Assembly (NCBI GenBank): GCA_043228905.1
Contig: JBHGNT010000001.1
Location: 7,812,001-7,876,000, forward strand
Length of the DNA stretch: 64,000 nucleotides
Direction: 5' to 3'
DNA from: Azolla caroliniana
Lineage: Eukaryota; Plantae; Polypodiophyta
Positions 44,801-57,656 of this stretch are shown one piece after another. A program made the translations under genes and the position numbers. The notes beneath the pieces are model-generated. The model worked only from the letters and a program-made list of their open reading frames with translations, was not told the DNA's origin and searched no databases. Numbering within the stretch: the first letter of the stretch is position 1; each line of letters begins with the position of its first letter.

Positions 44801-46897
44801 ACGTGCCGTTCTTTTTCGGCACGGTAAACCACCGATTCGAATATGGGGCGCTCGACGGTTCGAGGATGCCCATCTTCACTTTCTACTTCAACAGCTCCAT
44901 CAACTTCGGGATGTGAGCTCTAGGTACCGGAATTGGCTTGAGATTCCATGGCACATGCGGCACCGTGAATATCACCATCGGCTCCACGATCGTCGGGTCT
45001 ACGCACCCGATCTCCTCTGGCGAGAATGCGAAGGCTTTCCCGTGCCTTTCGAGCATTCTCCGAAACCGGTCCTCCTCCGCTGGTAGTAGAAACCCACCCC
45101 CACCGACCTTGAGCTCCCGTAGCGTTATGTTGGTGAATCGGTGCCCTATGCCGACCGGTTGATGTAAACTTGGGTCTGACGCGACCCCCTTTATCCGCTC
45201 TCCGCTGCCCTCCAACAAGGGTGCCGCGAGTGGCCTCACCTTCCGGTCCACAGTCTTGTACTTGGTATCCACACGGGTCGTTTGACCGGACCGGACCCTT
45301 CCCTCGAAGTCAGCGATGACTTCGTACATTTCCACTGAACCAACCGGAACTGCCCGGTCTTCACTAAGGCCCCCTTTGACAACCTTGCGTAATTCCCCCA
45401 AGGTCTCATCGTAGGAGACCGCCTCCACGGCACTGCCAATCTCTTTGCTAGGGCCGAGGACTCTGTACGCCCTGAGTCTTTCTTCCGCCCGCTTCTTTTC
45501 CCAACCACTGATGCCGTCTATAGTACAACCTTTGTTATCGGAGAACCAAAATTTCCTATCTACGGTACATGTGTGGGGTTCTTCTAGGGTGTCCGGACTA
45601 TCGCGGCCCCATGCGTTGATATCCCTCTCTAAAAATCCCCTCGGCTCTCGCCGCCGAGGGTCTCACAGTTACGCTCATGGTTCGGCCTCACCATAAAAAA
45701 TTGAACGGAGCGCTGTCCGTCCTGGCTCTTCACGCGCGTGTACATCGATCCATTGTCAAGCACCTTCGTCTCCATCCATGCTGCCGTAATGTATGGCTCG
45801 CCGAGTATCACCGGGTGCGAGGAGGTCTCTTGCACAAAGAAGTGTTGATCTATCTCAACATTGCCGATCTTTACGCGTACATTTGGGCACACACCATGCA
45901 GCTCCTCCGTATCGCGTGTCGCTGCGCGTATCTTCCACCAGTGCTTGGTGTTGATCGGCCACTTCCCCTTTTTGTAGAAGTCCATGGACATCAGGTTGAT
46001 CTCTGAGCCGTGGTCTATCAACGCCACCACCGGCTCTTGCACGTCCCCAACCCGGATAGGGGTCTCCGTAGTGGCCCTGGCCCAATCAGCTTCGTGTAGT
46101 AGGTGTCCGCCAACTCGTCCTCTAGGGCTGTGTCTTCTAGGTGTGTCGTCCGCAGCTCCACGGGCTTCTCCGGTTCTGGCTCCGTCGAGAGCCACTTTCG
46201 CTTCACCAAGTCCACAATGGAGTCGTGGAACTCCTTCTTGGCGATTCCGAGCACCTCCCTCAGCAACAACTCCACCTTGTTGTCGAGAATCCGCTCCTTG
46301 AGGACCTTCCGCAGGTTCGTTGACCTCTGAATCTCCGTGCTCAGCCGGTAACCGGCTCATTTCGTTCTATCCAGCACCTCGGTGTTGTCGGCATCGTTCT
46401 GCTTTGGTCTGAACCGGGTCTCGTACTGCTGTGAGGGACTGGCCCCTCTAGCCCTTCCCGCACGCTTGTCCTCGACCAGAACCTCGTAATTCTAGCATAC
46501 GGCTTCCACGAAGCCTGTCTTCTCTTCAACCAGTTCACTCCACTCGGTTACCTCCTGGACCCGTCTTTCTGCGCGGTCTGCTTCCTCTTTCCTTAGCCGT
46601 ATGCCAACTAGGCCTTCCAGCATCAACGGCTAGAACCTGGAGTCCTTCGTTTTCTGGACTTCATCACTCCCGACCCGGATTCTAGCCAACGCCGAGTAGT
46701 GGATGGTCTCCGTGTGGCGAGCCGCCGCTTCCTCCATTAGCCGTTTCATCCCCCCTAGTCTGACGTTCAGATCCAAGGCCCTCCGGGTTTCACTAGCGTG
46801 TACCCTCCTGTTCCACAGGTACACCATGTTGGCCCTTATCGCTTCAGCGAAGTCCTCGCAATCCTTTCGGGCGTGGCCGACTGCGTCGCACCACAAG
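44801..46897 (-). mobile_element. Element F: fragment of a Trp-primed-family copy (gag 3' half, PR, frameshift site, RT start)
   Basis: LWCDAVGHARKDC, LIDHGSEIN, GGG GAT TTT TAG, VEPMVIFTVPHVPWNLKP. Several stops and frameshifts. Confidence 0.92.
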
Positions 46898-48851
46898 TGT
46901 ATAATGGCCGTATTCACACTTTCCCTTGGGACAACCCAAGTTCGGGCTATTGTAAATAGCATAAAGGGCTGTTGCCCTAGGATAGTCACTATATAAAGTG
47001 ACTTTGTAACCTTTAGTGAAGGTTGGTTGTAATTTGTAACTGTTGCTATTGGAATATAACGTTTCCTTTGTGTGTGTGTGTGTGTCTCTCTCTCTCCCTC
47101 TGTGTCTATCTTGCTCATGCATACACAGGTTCTTCTTCATCACTAATGTTGCTCGCACTTCCGCATTGATGGCCTTGTCCCCAACACTTGGTATCAGAGC
47201 GTTGGAGGTTCTTCAACCTGTTGCCGGCCGTCATCGCACGACACAACATTCTGTTTTCGTTTTTTTTGAAGAACAGAGAAGGGAGAAGAAAAACAAAAAG
47301 CTCGCATCTCACTATGTTAAATCACAAATTGGAGTAAGCCAGTTGGTTGTACTCTGTTCCTGTGATTGTAACCGCTTGAGGGGAGCTCCTTGAGCAACAA
47401 CCGACCCAATCGTGCTTCATTCGGCTAAACAACATCCGAATAGGTCACCGGACGCTATTCACCCGCTTGCTGTAACCACCCGCTGCAGATTGGTCTCCTG
47501 GCAACAACCACTTCGTGCTTCACTCGGCTGATCGACATTCAGGAGGATCAGTTGGATCCGTCCCTCTCATCGCTGCAGTCATCCGAAGCAGAATCGGCCC
47601 AAACAATCGGTTTTGTGTAATCGGTATTCGACATACAATCAGAAGCTAACCGGGCTCACTCCGACTCGGCAACATTCGGGAAGACCAACCGGTTCTGTCC
47701 CTCAAGTTACCAGAGTCACTACGAGCAAGTTCAACAAGAAGTATCCGAAACCAAACCGACTCGGGTTCAAAACTGACTAGAACGATATCGGGTGAGCCGA
47801 CCGACTGCACCCCACTAAGGTTCATAGTCAACTTCGAACCAAGTCTTACCAACCGAAACAGAAGCAGATGGCATCAACATCCGTCTCATCGGAGATGAGT
47901 CTAAGGAGGTTCGACGGTTCGAACTTCAACTTCCGGAAGGAACAAATGCAGGACTATCTCATAGTCAAGGGTCAGATAGACCCGATTGAGAATGAAAATC
48001 CTACAGAAGCATACAAGGCAAACGAGTGGCTAAAGCTGGACAGAATCGTCCACGCCACGATTTGGATGCACTTGTCAGAGTCAGTGTACTTCACAGTGCA
48101 ATCATGCACGACAACGTTTGAACTTTGGAAAACACTATCAGAAACTTATGAAAAGAAGGTTACCGCAATGAAGATGTATTTGATCCGACGCCTCTACAAC
48201 TTGGGGATGAAAGAATCCGATTCGGTTCAGGCACACCTCAATGAGTATGAAAGCATAAGCTCCCAAATCTCGTCTTAGGGGACAACAATCGAGGATGAAC
48301 TCAGAGCAATGATATTCATTAGTACTCTCCCCTCTTCATGGGAAACTTTCGTTACAACTGTGTGCAATGCTTCAACAACTACAGTTAAGTACTCTGAAGT
48401 CACGAGCACAATCCTGACTGAAGCAGCTCGGAGAAAGTCTTTCACCAAAGACTCGGCAGATGAAGCTTACGTAGTACAAGGTTCGATCGACCGATCGAAC
48501 AATCGGGGAAGAAATTCTTCCCGACCGCCGAACAATCAGCGAAGCCGGAGCAAGTCCCGGGACAACCGAATCTGCAACTACTGCAAGAAACCGGGACACA
48601 TCAAAGTCAACTGCCGGGAACTCAAAGCAAAAACCGACAAAGCTCAGAGAGCGGATCAGAAGAGTAGTCGGTATGAGGAGGTCAACTACGTTGGCTCTTC
48701 AGGCGAAATTATGACGACCGACACAAACATACTGTCCATAGAGAACCTAGTTGAATAAAAAGTTCTGCTTACGACACAGGAATCGAGCACATGGGTCCTG
48801 GACTCGGGCGCATCGTATCATGTGACACCTCACCGATCTCAGTTTCGGCAA
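46898..48851 (+). mobile_element. Element L: Ty1/copia 5' part (LTR ~46898-47186, Met-i PBS 47189-47200, long 5' UTR, gag, PR start)
   Basis: TGGTATCAGAGC; FDGSNF..KEQMQDYL; CNYCKKPGHIKVNC; WVLDSGASYHVTP. Interrupted by G. Confidence 0.92.
47868..48851 (+). pseudogene. L copia gag-protease with in-frame stops
   Basis: ORFs 47868-48278 and 48309-48758 share one frame and are broken by TAG/TAA. Confidence 0.88.
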
Positions 48852-51800
48852 TGTTGTCCATAGGCCAAAAATAGAAATTAGTTAAATGTAATACGCCGGA
48901 CGTAAGGCGAATAGGTAAGGGAGAGTTAGGTAAAACGCCGAGTTTCGAGCCTCGCAGTCAGCTGACCGCTCAGTGCTGTATGAAGGAAAAGGAGTATATA
49001 AACCGAGGTCTGCATACCTCGGCAGGGAGAGATATCCAGAGCCTAGGGACCTCGGGGCTGTGGGCCGTGTTCTTTTGTAATCATCGCTAACTATTGCAGT
49101 AATACATATCCATAGCTCTTGTTGTTTTCATCTATGTGTCGTCGCTTTTAAGGTCTCAACTATGTATACGACCCAGGCTCTATTCCGGGTATGCTCTCTG
49201 TGTTCTCCCCCTAATGACACCTCTGTGCACTAGTCTTCATGATTACACTTCCCTTGATACCGATAGCTTGTAGGCATATCGAAGGTGTTTCCGGCAGAAC
49301 GGTTAACACAATTTGGCATGCCTGGTTACAGCTGTGAGATCACAGCGAACTACGTTGAAGACAACCTTCAGCCGCCATTACGACGCCCAATCGCATCAAG
49401 CGGTCTCGGCCATCTGGTTGACGCCCTGAGCCAGTCGAAGGCACTTCCGACTCAACGGTCACGGACCAGTCCTTCCTAGAAGCATCGAAGGCTCACCGGT
49501 TGCAATCCTCGCCACCTGCTACTGGGTCGCGCGTCGAGTCCACACCAACCTCCCCACCAAGCCCTCCAAAGGTCACCCACCCTGACCCTAACCCTTTTCC
49601 GGCTTTACCGGAAGACTCCGAATTCGATACCATGCTGTATCCTTACCCACGATACACCGACAGCCCCGACGCGGAGTTGCATGTCTGTGCCTTTGTGTTC
49701 ACCTGGCAGGCCAACCACTCAACCTAGCGCCTCTTGCCTGCCGAAATCGAGGCCCCAAAAATTGCCGAGTTTACGCTATCCCTCGATGGACCAGCTGCGC
49801 GATGGTATTTTGGCCTCAACACAGGGCAGTTTGGCACCTTCCACGACGTTCGCACACAGTTCCTAGAACTGTTCCATCGCGAGGTGCCCAAACGAGAATT
49901 TTTCCGGCAGTTCTTCTCCATGCGACAAGAACCGCACGAGACGGTCACACAGTTCACGATCCGGTTCTGGGATCTCTACAGACAAGTGGCCGACGATGTA
50001 TCTGCACATCACATTCCGGATGCATTCCTGTCTAGCCTACGAGAGCCTCTACGAATGACTCTTGCACTTACTAATTTTGACAACCAAACGATCGAGCAAG
50101 TCATAGCACGCGTCCTCGCCCTCGATCGGACTCAGCAAAGCACGGCTTTCACTATGAGTTCACTGCAAAGCGCCCTTCCCTAGGATCTGCCAGTCGAATG
50201 TCCTCGAATGTCAGCTGGCCCTCGAATGTCCTCACTGACCATAGTGTCCGATCTGCCAGTCCCGATCCTACACTATCGAACACTGCGAATACAATATGCT
50301 CAACCGCACAACGACGACTCCGGTTTGCCAGATCGAGCCTCGGGATACATACTCTCGTCAGGACGAGCGCCAATCCTACCGGAACTAGGATAACCAATGA
50401 CTGCGATCGATGGATAGACGGCGCCGTAACGACGATTACCGTCGGGACGACGACCGCCACCGAAACGACAACCGACGGAGATCGGACGACCGCCGTGATT
50501 GCTATCACGATGACCAATATCGGGCAAACCACGATTATGATCGGAATGAAGAGGATCAGGATGACCGTTACGATCAGAGAAATTTCCGTAATGATCAGCG
50601 CAACTCTCACCGAGGATCGCGCAATAACCGAAGGAATAACGACAGCCGTCGTCGAGACCCACCGCACAATGAACCACGTAGCTCGAACGCGCCCTGGACC
50701 AACTCACAAACACACGAGGCCAGGAATCAACCGCACCCCATGGATCGGGCTGGCACCAGCAACTCGGCTGACGTTACCTGCTTCAAGTGCAACCAACCCG
50801 GTCACTACGCTACGCAAGGCCCAACAACAAACCGTGGAAAGGCTCCTGCCGTGAATAGTATTATGGCTGACGTACAAAACATCACAACACGCAACAAAGC
50901 CAAGGCTACCCCATGGCAAGTTCAGGACGAAGTCCGGCAAGCAGCCAAAGAATGGATGGATACGGCCAACAAAAACAATGTGGTGCGGATGCACACGGAA
51001 CTGGGAGACGCGACCATCGGAGCAACACTGTCCTCGGCTCCATCCACGGGGGCAGAAGATGACCAGCTGTGGGATGCCCTTACCAGTTCCAGGATATGCT
51101 TACCTTTGCCTAAACTCTTACCACTCATGCCGCGTTTTCGGGACACCTTGGCTTCACTCACGACCAACAACCAGTCCACCGCACCACCTGTGCACCTGAC
51201 CGAGCTAGGAATGGGTCCACCTCTCATGGATGCGCAGAATCCAACCATAAAAATTATGATTAAAGGGAAGGACCTACACGGGTGCATAATCGACGGAGGC
51301 TTTGGCGTGAATGTCATTAGTGAGGCTACCTATCGTAAACTCGGCCTGAATCAATGGGAACCTTGCCCCTTTTGGCTTCGGATGGCCGACACACGATCGG
51401 TTCGCCCCATCGGATTAATCCGCCACCTCGACTTTACTCTAGGAGGCCACATGTTCACTATCTCGGCCGTTGTCTTACGACTCGAAGCAAAGGGGGCTTA
51501 CCCAATGTTACTGGGCAGACCATGGTTGCGCGCAACCAATATCAAACAACATTGGTAGCACAACATGATCTCGTTCCGCCGAGGAAAGACCAAGGTCCGG
51601 ATCATAACCGAAGAACGCGTAACCACGGCCCACAACACCTTGTCGTTATACGCGGAAGGGGTGCACATACTCGACAGATTAGCCGATGACGAGGTGGACG
51701 ATTTCCTAGAAGACCATCCCACTATCATACCTCTCTTCGAAATCGACGCCATGTCGGCCGTTGGCACACCTCTAGACGAGGAGTTCACGGTGAATACACC

Positions 51801-51890
51801 TCCCTAGGATGAGCCCGATCCCACCACCATTGCCGAATTACGACACGTTCGGGACGCTTTTGAACGTGAACTCGCCATCTCCCAACGCGT
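48852..51890 (+). mobile_element. Element G: X-related Ty3 element 5' part (LTR ~48852-49308, Arg-type PBS, degenerate gag-PR)
   Basis: TGTTGTCCA LTR start; CFKCNQPGHYAT; IIDGGFGVNVI; CPFWLRMADTRS shared with X. Interrupted by D. Confidence 0.9.
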
Positions 51891-52226
51891 TGTCGTGAAG
51901 ATTTTCGGCAATAGTGTGAAAATCCCATAAAACGTACGAAATCGAGTATGAATCACATAATACAATAATTGTGAAGATAACATTTTAAATAGATTTAATA
52001 TCTAGTTCAATCAATCTCTCTCAATCGTGTAATCTCAACTTCTCTCTTTCCCAATCTATCTTAAGTACTTTCTCGCCAAAGCTTGTATCAACTCTAAATC
52101 CTTCTGGTCCAGAACCCCGACGGTTCCGCCTCACGATCCGCGCGTAGTGACGGATCTTCACGACATAATTAAGTGGTGAACCCGATGTGAAAGAGGCGGT
52201 AGGAAGGATCAAGTCGAGATTAATAC

Positions 52227-54431
52227 TTGGAGATGGCATCCTCAAGCAACCAAGCAGGAGAGCTCGAAAGGATGATGCTAATCGTCGAGCAAATGATGAG
52301 ATCTCGGGACAACGACGCGAGCGTGGAGAAGGCTGTCGATCGTGTCGTAGAGCTCGAGGGCCAATTCGATGGAAGGAACGTTACGAAGTTCCTTGATGCA
52401 TATAGAAGGGAGATGAATCAGAGGGACGTGTCCGAGGCATGTCAAATCGCAAGCTTCAAGAGAGTTGTCGCCAACAACATCCAAAGACACGTCATCGAGC
52501 TTCAAGAAGGTAAGACAACATGGTCCGAGTTCGAGAAAACGATACTAGCGGAGTTCGTGACTGAAGACTCAACGAGGATGACTCGACATGCCCTGATGAA
52601 GTGGATAGAGAAGAAGAATAAGAAGATGAGCGTCTCGAGGGTGTACGACGAATTCGACCAGATGTTTAGTCGTCTCCCCAATACGGACAAAGTGTTGCTT
52701 GAAGAGGACAAGACTTTGTACTTCTTGAAGGCCGTGGACATAAAGGATAGACGGGAGTTGGGGACTCTTCTCGAAGATGATACCCAAGCAAATGGGCTCG
52801 TAGCGGACTGGATCGCGGTGAAGCGGGCATGCAATAAACTCGACAAGCGTCGCCAATGGGTTGATGACACCGACTTGACGGGACCGACTACCATGGAGAA
52901 AGCAAGACCGCCGAAAGTAGCTGAGCCGCTAAGACAAAGTAACGTGGAAGAAAAGAAGATTGATGACCACATCATTGAAGAGCTAGCGAAGAAGTTCGAG
53001 AAGGTCACGCTAGCCAACATGAATCGTCGGGGCCCTAAAGGAAAAGAACCCTTTAGATGTGTGTGGTGCGATAGCATGGACCACATGAGAAGGGATTGTG
53101 CGAGCCTTCGAGAGGCGATTCGACAAAATATCGTATACATAAAGGACAACATGATCTGCTCAAGCGAGACTAGAAGACCCCTACGGGTGAATTTCGGAAG
53201 AGGAGGAATGAAGAGATCTATGGAGGATGCCGATGCGACTCATGTGGATGCGATGCACTATGCTGCGTCGGCCGGAATAAGAGTCGGGAAAGACAAGACT
53301 GAAGCTGCTAGAGCGGGAGCAAAGTTTTGGACTTCCGTTCTCGAATATGAGAAGAAGGGAAAAATCACATCGAACGAGGTAGAGCTTGCGGACCGAATCG
53401 TGCAAAGCATAACCGGGTGGTCGGATCCGGTGGACGACAACACCATACTCGCAGAGGTGATGTGCGACAACCACGAGGTGTTCATCGAAGAAAAGAGAAA
53501 GAGAATAGAAGAGCAAGGCCCATCAAAAAGACATGAAACAAGGAACGCGAAAAAGAAGGACGATATGGAGACGAGTCGACCTTTACAAACGGAGGAACGA
53601 GAATCAAGCCGAAAAGGGGAGCCAAGCATACGAGTTGAAGAAACGGTTCGGCCCGTGAAGGTTGGTGTCGAAGACCCCACTCGGAGGACAAGGACTATAC
53701 CTACCTATAAGCTAAGGTCAGACATAGAGCAGACGACGGACCTAAAGAAGATTCTCGAAGAACGAGTTCTTGATAGCCACGTAACTTTGTCCTTGAGGGA
53801 ATTGCTTGGCATTACGAAGAAGGAGTTCCACGACACGATCGTGGACCTTGTAAAGAGAAAGAGACAACAATCGGACGAGGAAGAAGAGAAGCCGCAAAAA
53901 GCAAAAACGAATGCCATAACGATGGCAAGAGACGAAATCGATGAAGATATGGTGGACAGCCACTACACTCGACCTCATTGGGCACGAGCGACAACGGAGA
54001 CGCCGGTGAAGATCGGGGAGAAGAAAGAGACCGTGGTAGCCTTGATCGACCATGGCTCGGAGATCAACCTCATGTCAACCGACTTCTACAAAAAGGGAAG
54101 ATGGCCAATCAATACAAACCACGGATGGAAGATTCGCGCGGCAACAAAGTCTACGGAGGACTTGTACGGAGCTTGTCCCAATGTCAAAGTCACGATCGGG
54201 GATGTGGAGATGGATCAACACTTCTTCGTACAAGAATCGGTGTCGCATCCTGTCATCCTAGGGCAACCTTATATCACATCATCTCGGATGGAGACCAGAG
54301 TGTTCGATAATGGAGCAGCCTTCGCACGAATAAAGAGTCTTGACAACCAAAGATCGGTCCAATTCCTAACGGTGCGAGCCAATCATGAAAGGAATCGAGA
54401 TAGTCTCGGAGGCGAATCCTCGGATTTTTAG
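52227..54431 (+). CDS. gag: D Gag-protease
   Basis: CVWCDSMDHMRRDC; LIDHGSEIN; ends SDF*. The true start is probably the ATG at 52233. Confidence 0.92.
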   Translation: MEMASSSNQAGELERMMLIVEQMMRSRDNDASVEKAVDRVVELEGQFDGRNVTKFLDAYRREMNQRDVSEACQIASFKRVVANNIQRHVIELQEGKTTWSEFEKTILAEFVTEDSTRMTRHALMKWIEKKNKKMSVSRVYDEFDQMFSRLPNTDKVLLEEDKTLYFLKAVDIKDRRELGTLLEDDTQANGLVADWIAVKRACNKLDKRRQWVDDTDLTGPTTMEKARPPKVAEPLRQSNVEEKKIDDHIIEELAKKFEKVTLANMNRRGPKGKEPFRCVWCDSMDHMRRDCASLREAIRQNIVYIKDNMICSSETRRPLRVNFGRGGMKRSMEDADATHVDAMHYAASAGIRVGKDKTEAARAGAKFWTSVLEYEKKGKITSNEVELADRIVQSITGWSDPVDDNTILAEVMCDNHEVFIEEKRKRIEEQGPSKRHETRNAKKKDDMETSRPLQTEERESSRKGEPSIRVEETVRPVKVGVEDPTRRTRTIPTYKLRSDIEQTTDLKKILEERVLDSHVTLSLRELLGITKKEFHDTIVDLVKRKRQQSDEEEEKPQKAKTNAITMARDEIDEDMVDSHYTRPHWARATTETPVKIGEKKETVVALIDHGSEINLMSTDFYKKGRWPINTNHGWKIRAATKSTEDLYGACPNVKVTIGDVEMDQHFFVQESVSHPVILGQPYITSSRMETRVFDNGAAFARIKSLDNQRSVQFLTVRANHERNRDSLGGESSDF

Positions 54432-56737
54432 AGCAAACTATTGAAGCATGGGGCACAAATAGTCCGAGCAATCACAAGACCCCACAAGAAAGAAGAGTGC
54501 GTGGATTGCAAGGAGAAGCAACATGTGTCACATCTAGTGGTGCATGTAAACTAGTACTACCCGACAAGAAGTACAAGCGCCGGATACAAGAATTCGAGAA
54601 GATGCTGAAAGAAGAGAACATAATAGAAGAAGGAGAGTTCGTGACTCATATTATGGAAGAAGCCTCATTTAACGACACCATCGGCGAAATCGAGGGCGTC
54701 GTGGACTTGAGCTATCTTCACAACCAACGCGTGATTTCGGTTAACTCCATCAACATGTACGCTATCATCGATGAATACCGTCGTGGCATCTCGATGAAGG
54801 AAGCTGACATCAACACGAAATATAAAACGGTGGATAAGAAGATCAAGCCAGTTGCGGTTCCGCTACCGGAAGATAGCTGGCAAAAGATGAAGGAAGTCGC
54901 TAACGATCCAAGCTTAAGAGATCCGAAGAAGATAGGTCATGTCTTCACCAAAGAGACGAAGGGGAAGCTACGAGTTGGAAAGGAGGATTTCCTTCTCCCT
55001 GAAGAGGAGCGAATGTTTCGTGATATGCTTGAGAGACATGGGAAGGCTTTCACATTCTTCCCACGAGAAATCGGATGCGCCGACCCAAAGGTTATAGAGC
55101 CAATGGTGATCTTCACGGTGCCTCATGTGCCTTGGAACTTGAAACCGATACCGGTTCCGAGAGCACACCTTCCGAAGCTGATCGAGCTCTTAAAGGAGAA
55201 GGTGAGTATGGGAATTCTAGAACCGTCGAATGCTCCTTATTCCAATAGGTGGTTCACGGTGCCGAAGAAGAATGGATCATTGCGATTCATCCAAGATCTT
55301 CAACCCGTCAACAAGGTGACAATTCGAAATGCCGGAATCGGTCCAAGCGTGGACGAATTTGCCGAAGCGTTTGCGGGCCGGTCCATCTACTCCATTGGCG
55401 ATCTCTACTCCGGATATGACCAATTCCAATTGGCGATCGACAGTCGGGACATTACAACCATGAGGACTCCGATCGGGCTTGTGCAGATGTGTACCTTACC
55501 CCAAGGCGCAACGAACTCGGTGGCTCATATGGTGAATGCCATGAATAAAGTCTTGAAGGATTGCATTCCGGACATCACGATGCCATTCTTGGATGATATT
55601 CCGATAAAAGGATGTTCGGATGAGGAGAAAGATGAATCTAAAGATAAGGAAGGTTATAGAAAGTTCGTTGCGGATCATATGAAAGATTGCGAGAAGGTGC
55701 TTCAAAGGCTCGAAGATGCGAATTTGACATTTTCGGGAGAAAAATCCGCATTCGGGCAACCGGAGATCTTGGTGGTAGGTCACTTGTGTGGAGCATACGG
55801 CCGGAAGCCCTCGCCATCCAAAGTGAACGCAATCCAAGACATGAAAGAAGAATGCGAAAACCAAACGGAGGTTCGAAGGTTCCTTGGAGCGTGCGCGTTT
55901 TATCATATATGGATTCCTCACTACGCTCATGTCGCCGAACCGTTATATGGACTACTAAAGAAAAGAATAAAGTTCGAATGGCGAGACGAGCACACAGAGG
56001 CGATGCGAGTATTAAAGAAACTGCTTCTTGAAGCTCCGGCACTAAGGAAGGCCGACTATGCCGAAGGGAAACCAATTTACGTGACCGTAGATACGAGCCC
56101 AACCGGAATCGGGTGGGTCATCAATCAAGAAGGTGAAGATAATGCGTGATATGCCGTCCGGTTTGGAGCAAAGGTTCTCAGCGAACGGCAACAAAGATAT
56201 GCCCAAGTCAAGCGGGAACTTTGGGGTATTGTGTCGGCAGTGAAGACGGACAAAGATTACCTGATCGGGTCAGAAGTGATAATAGAGACAGATTGTCTCC
56301 CAATTCTCGGAATGGTCTCGGGATGTGCGACCCCAAATCTTGCTATGCTAAGGTGGATCGCCTACATCAAGTCTTTAAACCCAGAGATCCGTCACATCGC
56401 AGGGAAGAAGAACGCCATGGCTGACATGATGTCGAGGGCAAGATTTTCAAATGGAAGTAACATGGTTTCGGAAGATGAAGATGTCGCCTTCGACTTCTTC
56501 AAGATGGCTCGATTGTCAGCGGAAGACCAGGACACGCAAACCCTCCACGCCTTCAACGAGAATGAGTACGAAGGAGAGTGGTTACTCATCGGTAGATTCC
56601 TAAGAACATTGACGGCAGATGCTTCGTTGACAAAGGAGGAGGCCCTACGAATCCGAAAGAAAGCTTACCGATACTTCTTGAAGGGAGGATTCCTTTGGCG
56701 ACATCCAAAAAGAAGGACAGGAATACCACGTCGAGTG
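54422..56737 (+). pseudogene. pol: D pol (RT-RH-start of IN), -1 frame, premature TGA at 56147-56149
   Basis: FLDD and VDTS motifs. The frame continues after the stop (AVKTDKDYLIG...). Confidence 0.92.
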
Positions 56738-57656
56738 TGTCGAATACATGTGTATAATGGACGTATTCACACTATCCCGTTTTGGCCATTTATGTAATTA
56801 GCATAAAGGGTAGTTGCCCTAAGTCGGTCACTATATATAGTGACCTTGTAACCTTTTTGTAAGGTTGGATGTTGTATTGTTGCTTTATGAAATAAGAAGT
56901 TCTTTTGTGCCTCTTTGTCTCTCTCTCTCTCTCTCTCTCTATCCAACGACATACAAACTGTCATACGCAGGTATTCTGGACAGCAATCGAATGCTACTTG
57001 ATCTTCCGCACAGACGACTTTGTCTCCAACATCTGGTATCAGAGCCTGCACAGTAGTCGGTCCTTCAATCCGCTGTCGGCCGTCGTCTCAGCATTCGGTT
57101 TCCTGCGTCATTCGAAGAAGAGAGAAGAAGAAGAAAAAAAAAAAACCAGGTTTGCATCTCATCGCGTTAGATCATCTTTGCTTGGAGTAAGCCAGCAGGT
57201 TGTACTCCGTTCCTTGTGATCGTAACCGCTCGAGGTGAAATCCCCTTGTGCAACTTTGACACGATCGTGCTCCATTCGGTTAAACGGCATCCGAAGAGGT
57301 AATCAAACGCCGCTCGTTGTAACCACTCGGTGCAGATCGGTCTCAAGACAACAACCCCAATTCGTGCTTCATCCGGCTGATCGACATTCGAGAGGATCAG
57401 TTGGATCCATCTCTCTCGTCGCTGCAGTCAACCGAAGCAGAATCGGTCCAGATAATCGGTTTCAATAATCGGTATTCGGCATATATATCCGAAGCGAACC
57501 GGGCTCACTCCGACTCGGCAACACTCGGGAAGACCAGTCGGTTCTGTCCCTCAAGCTACCGGAGTCAATTCGAGCAAGTTCCGAAGCCGAACCGACTCGG
57601 GTTCAAATCCGACTAGAACGATATCGGGTGAGCCAACCGGCTGCACTCCAACCGGC
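56738..57656 (+). mobile_element. Element M: L-related copia, 5' LTR (56738-57031), Met-i PBS (57034-57045) and 5' UTR; interrupted by E
   Basis: TGTCGAATAC...CCAACA TC TGGTATCAGAGC; UTR homologous to 47200-47815. Confidence 0.9.

Larger units (their letters stand above)
51891..56737 (+). mobile_element. Element D: Trp-primed family, third subfamily with a short 275-bp LTR (51891-52165); interrupted by M
   Basis: 12-bp terminal inverted repeat TGTCGTGAAGAT...ATCTTCACGACA; PBS 52174-52191; left flank GCGT. Confidence 0.94.
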
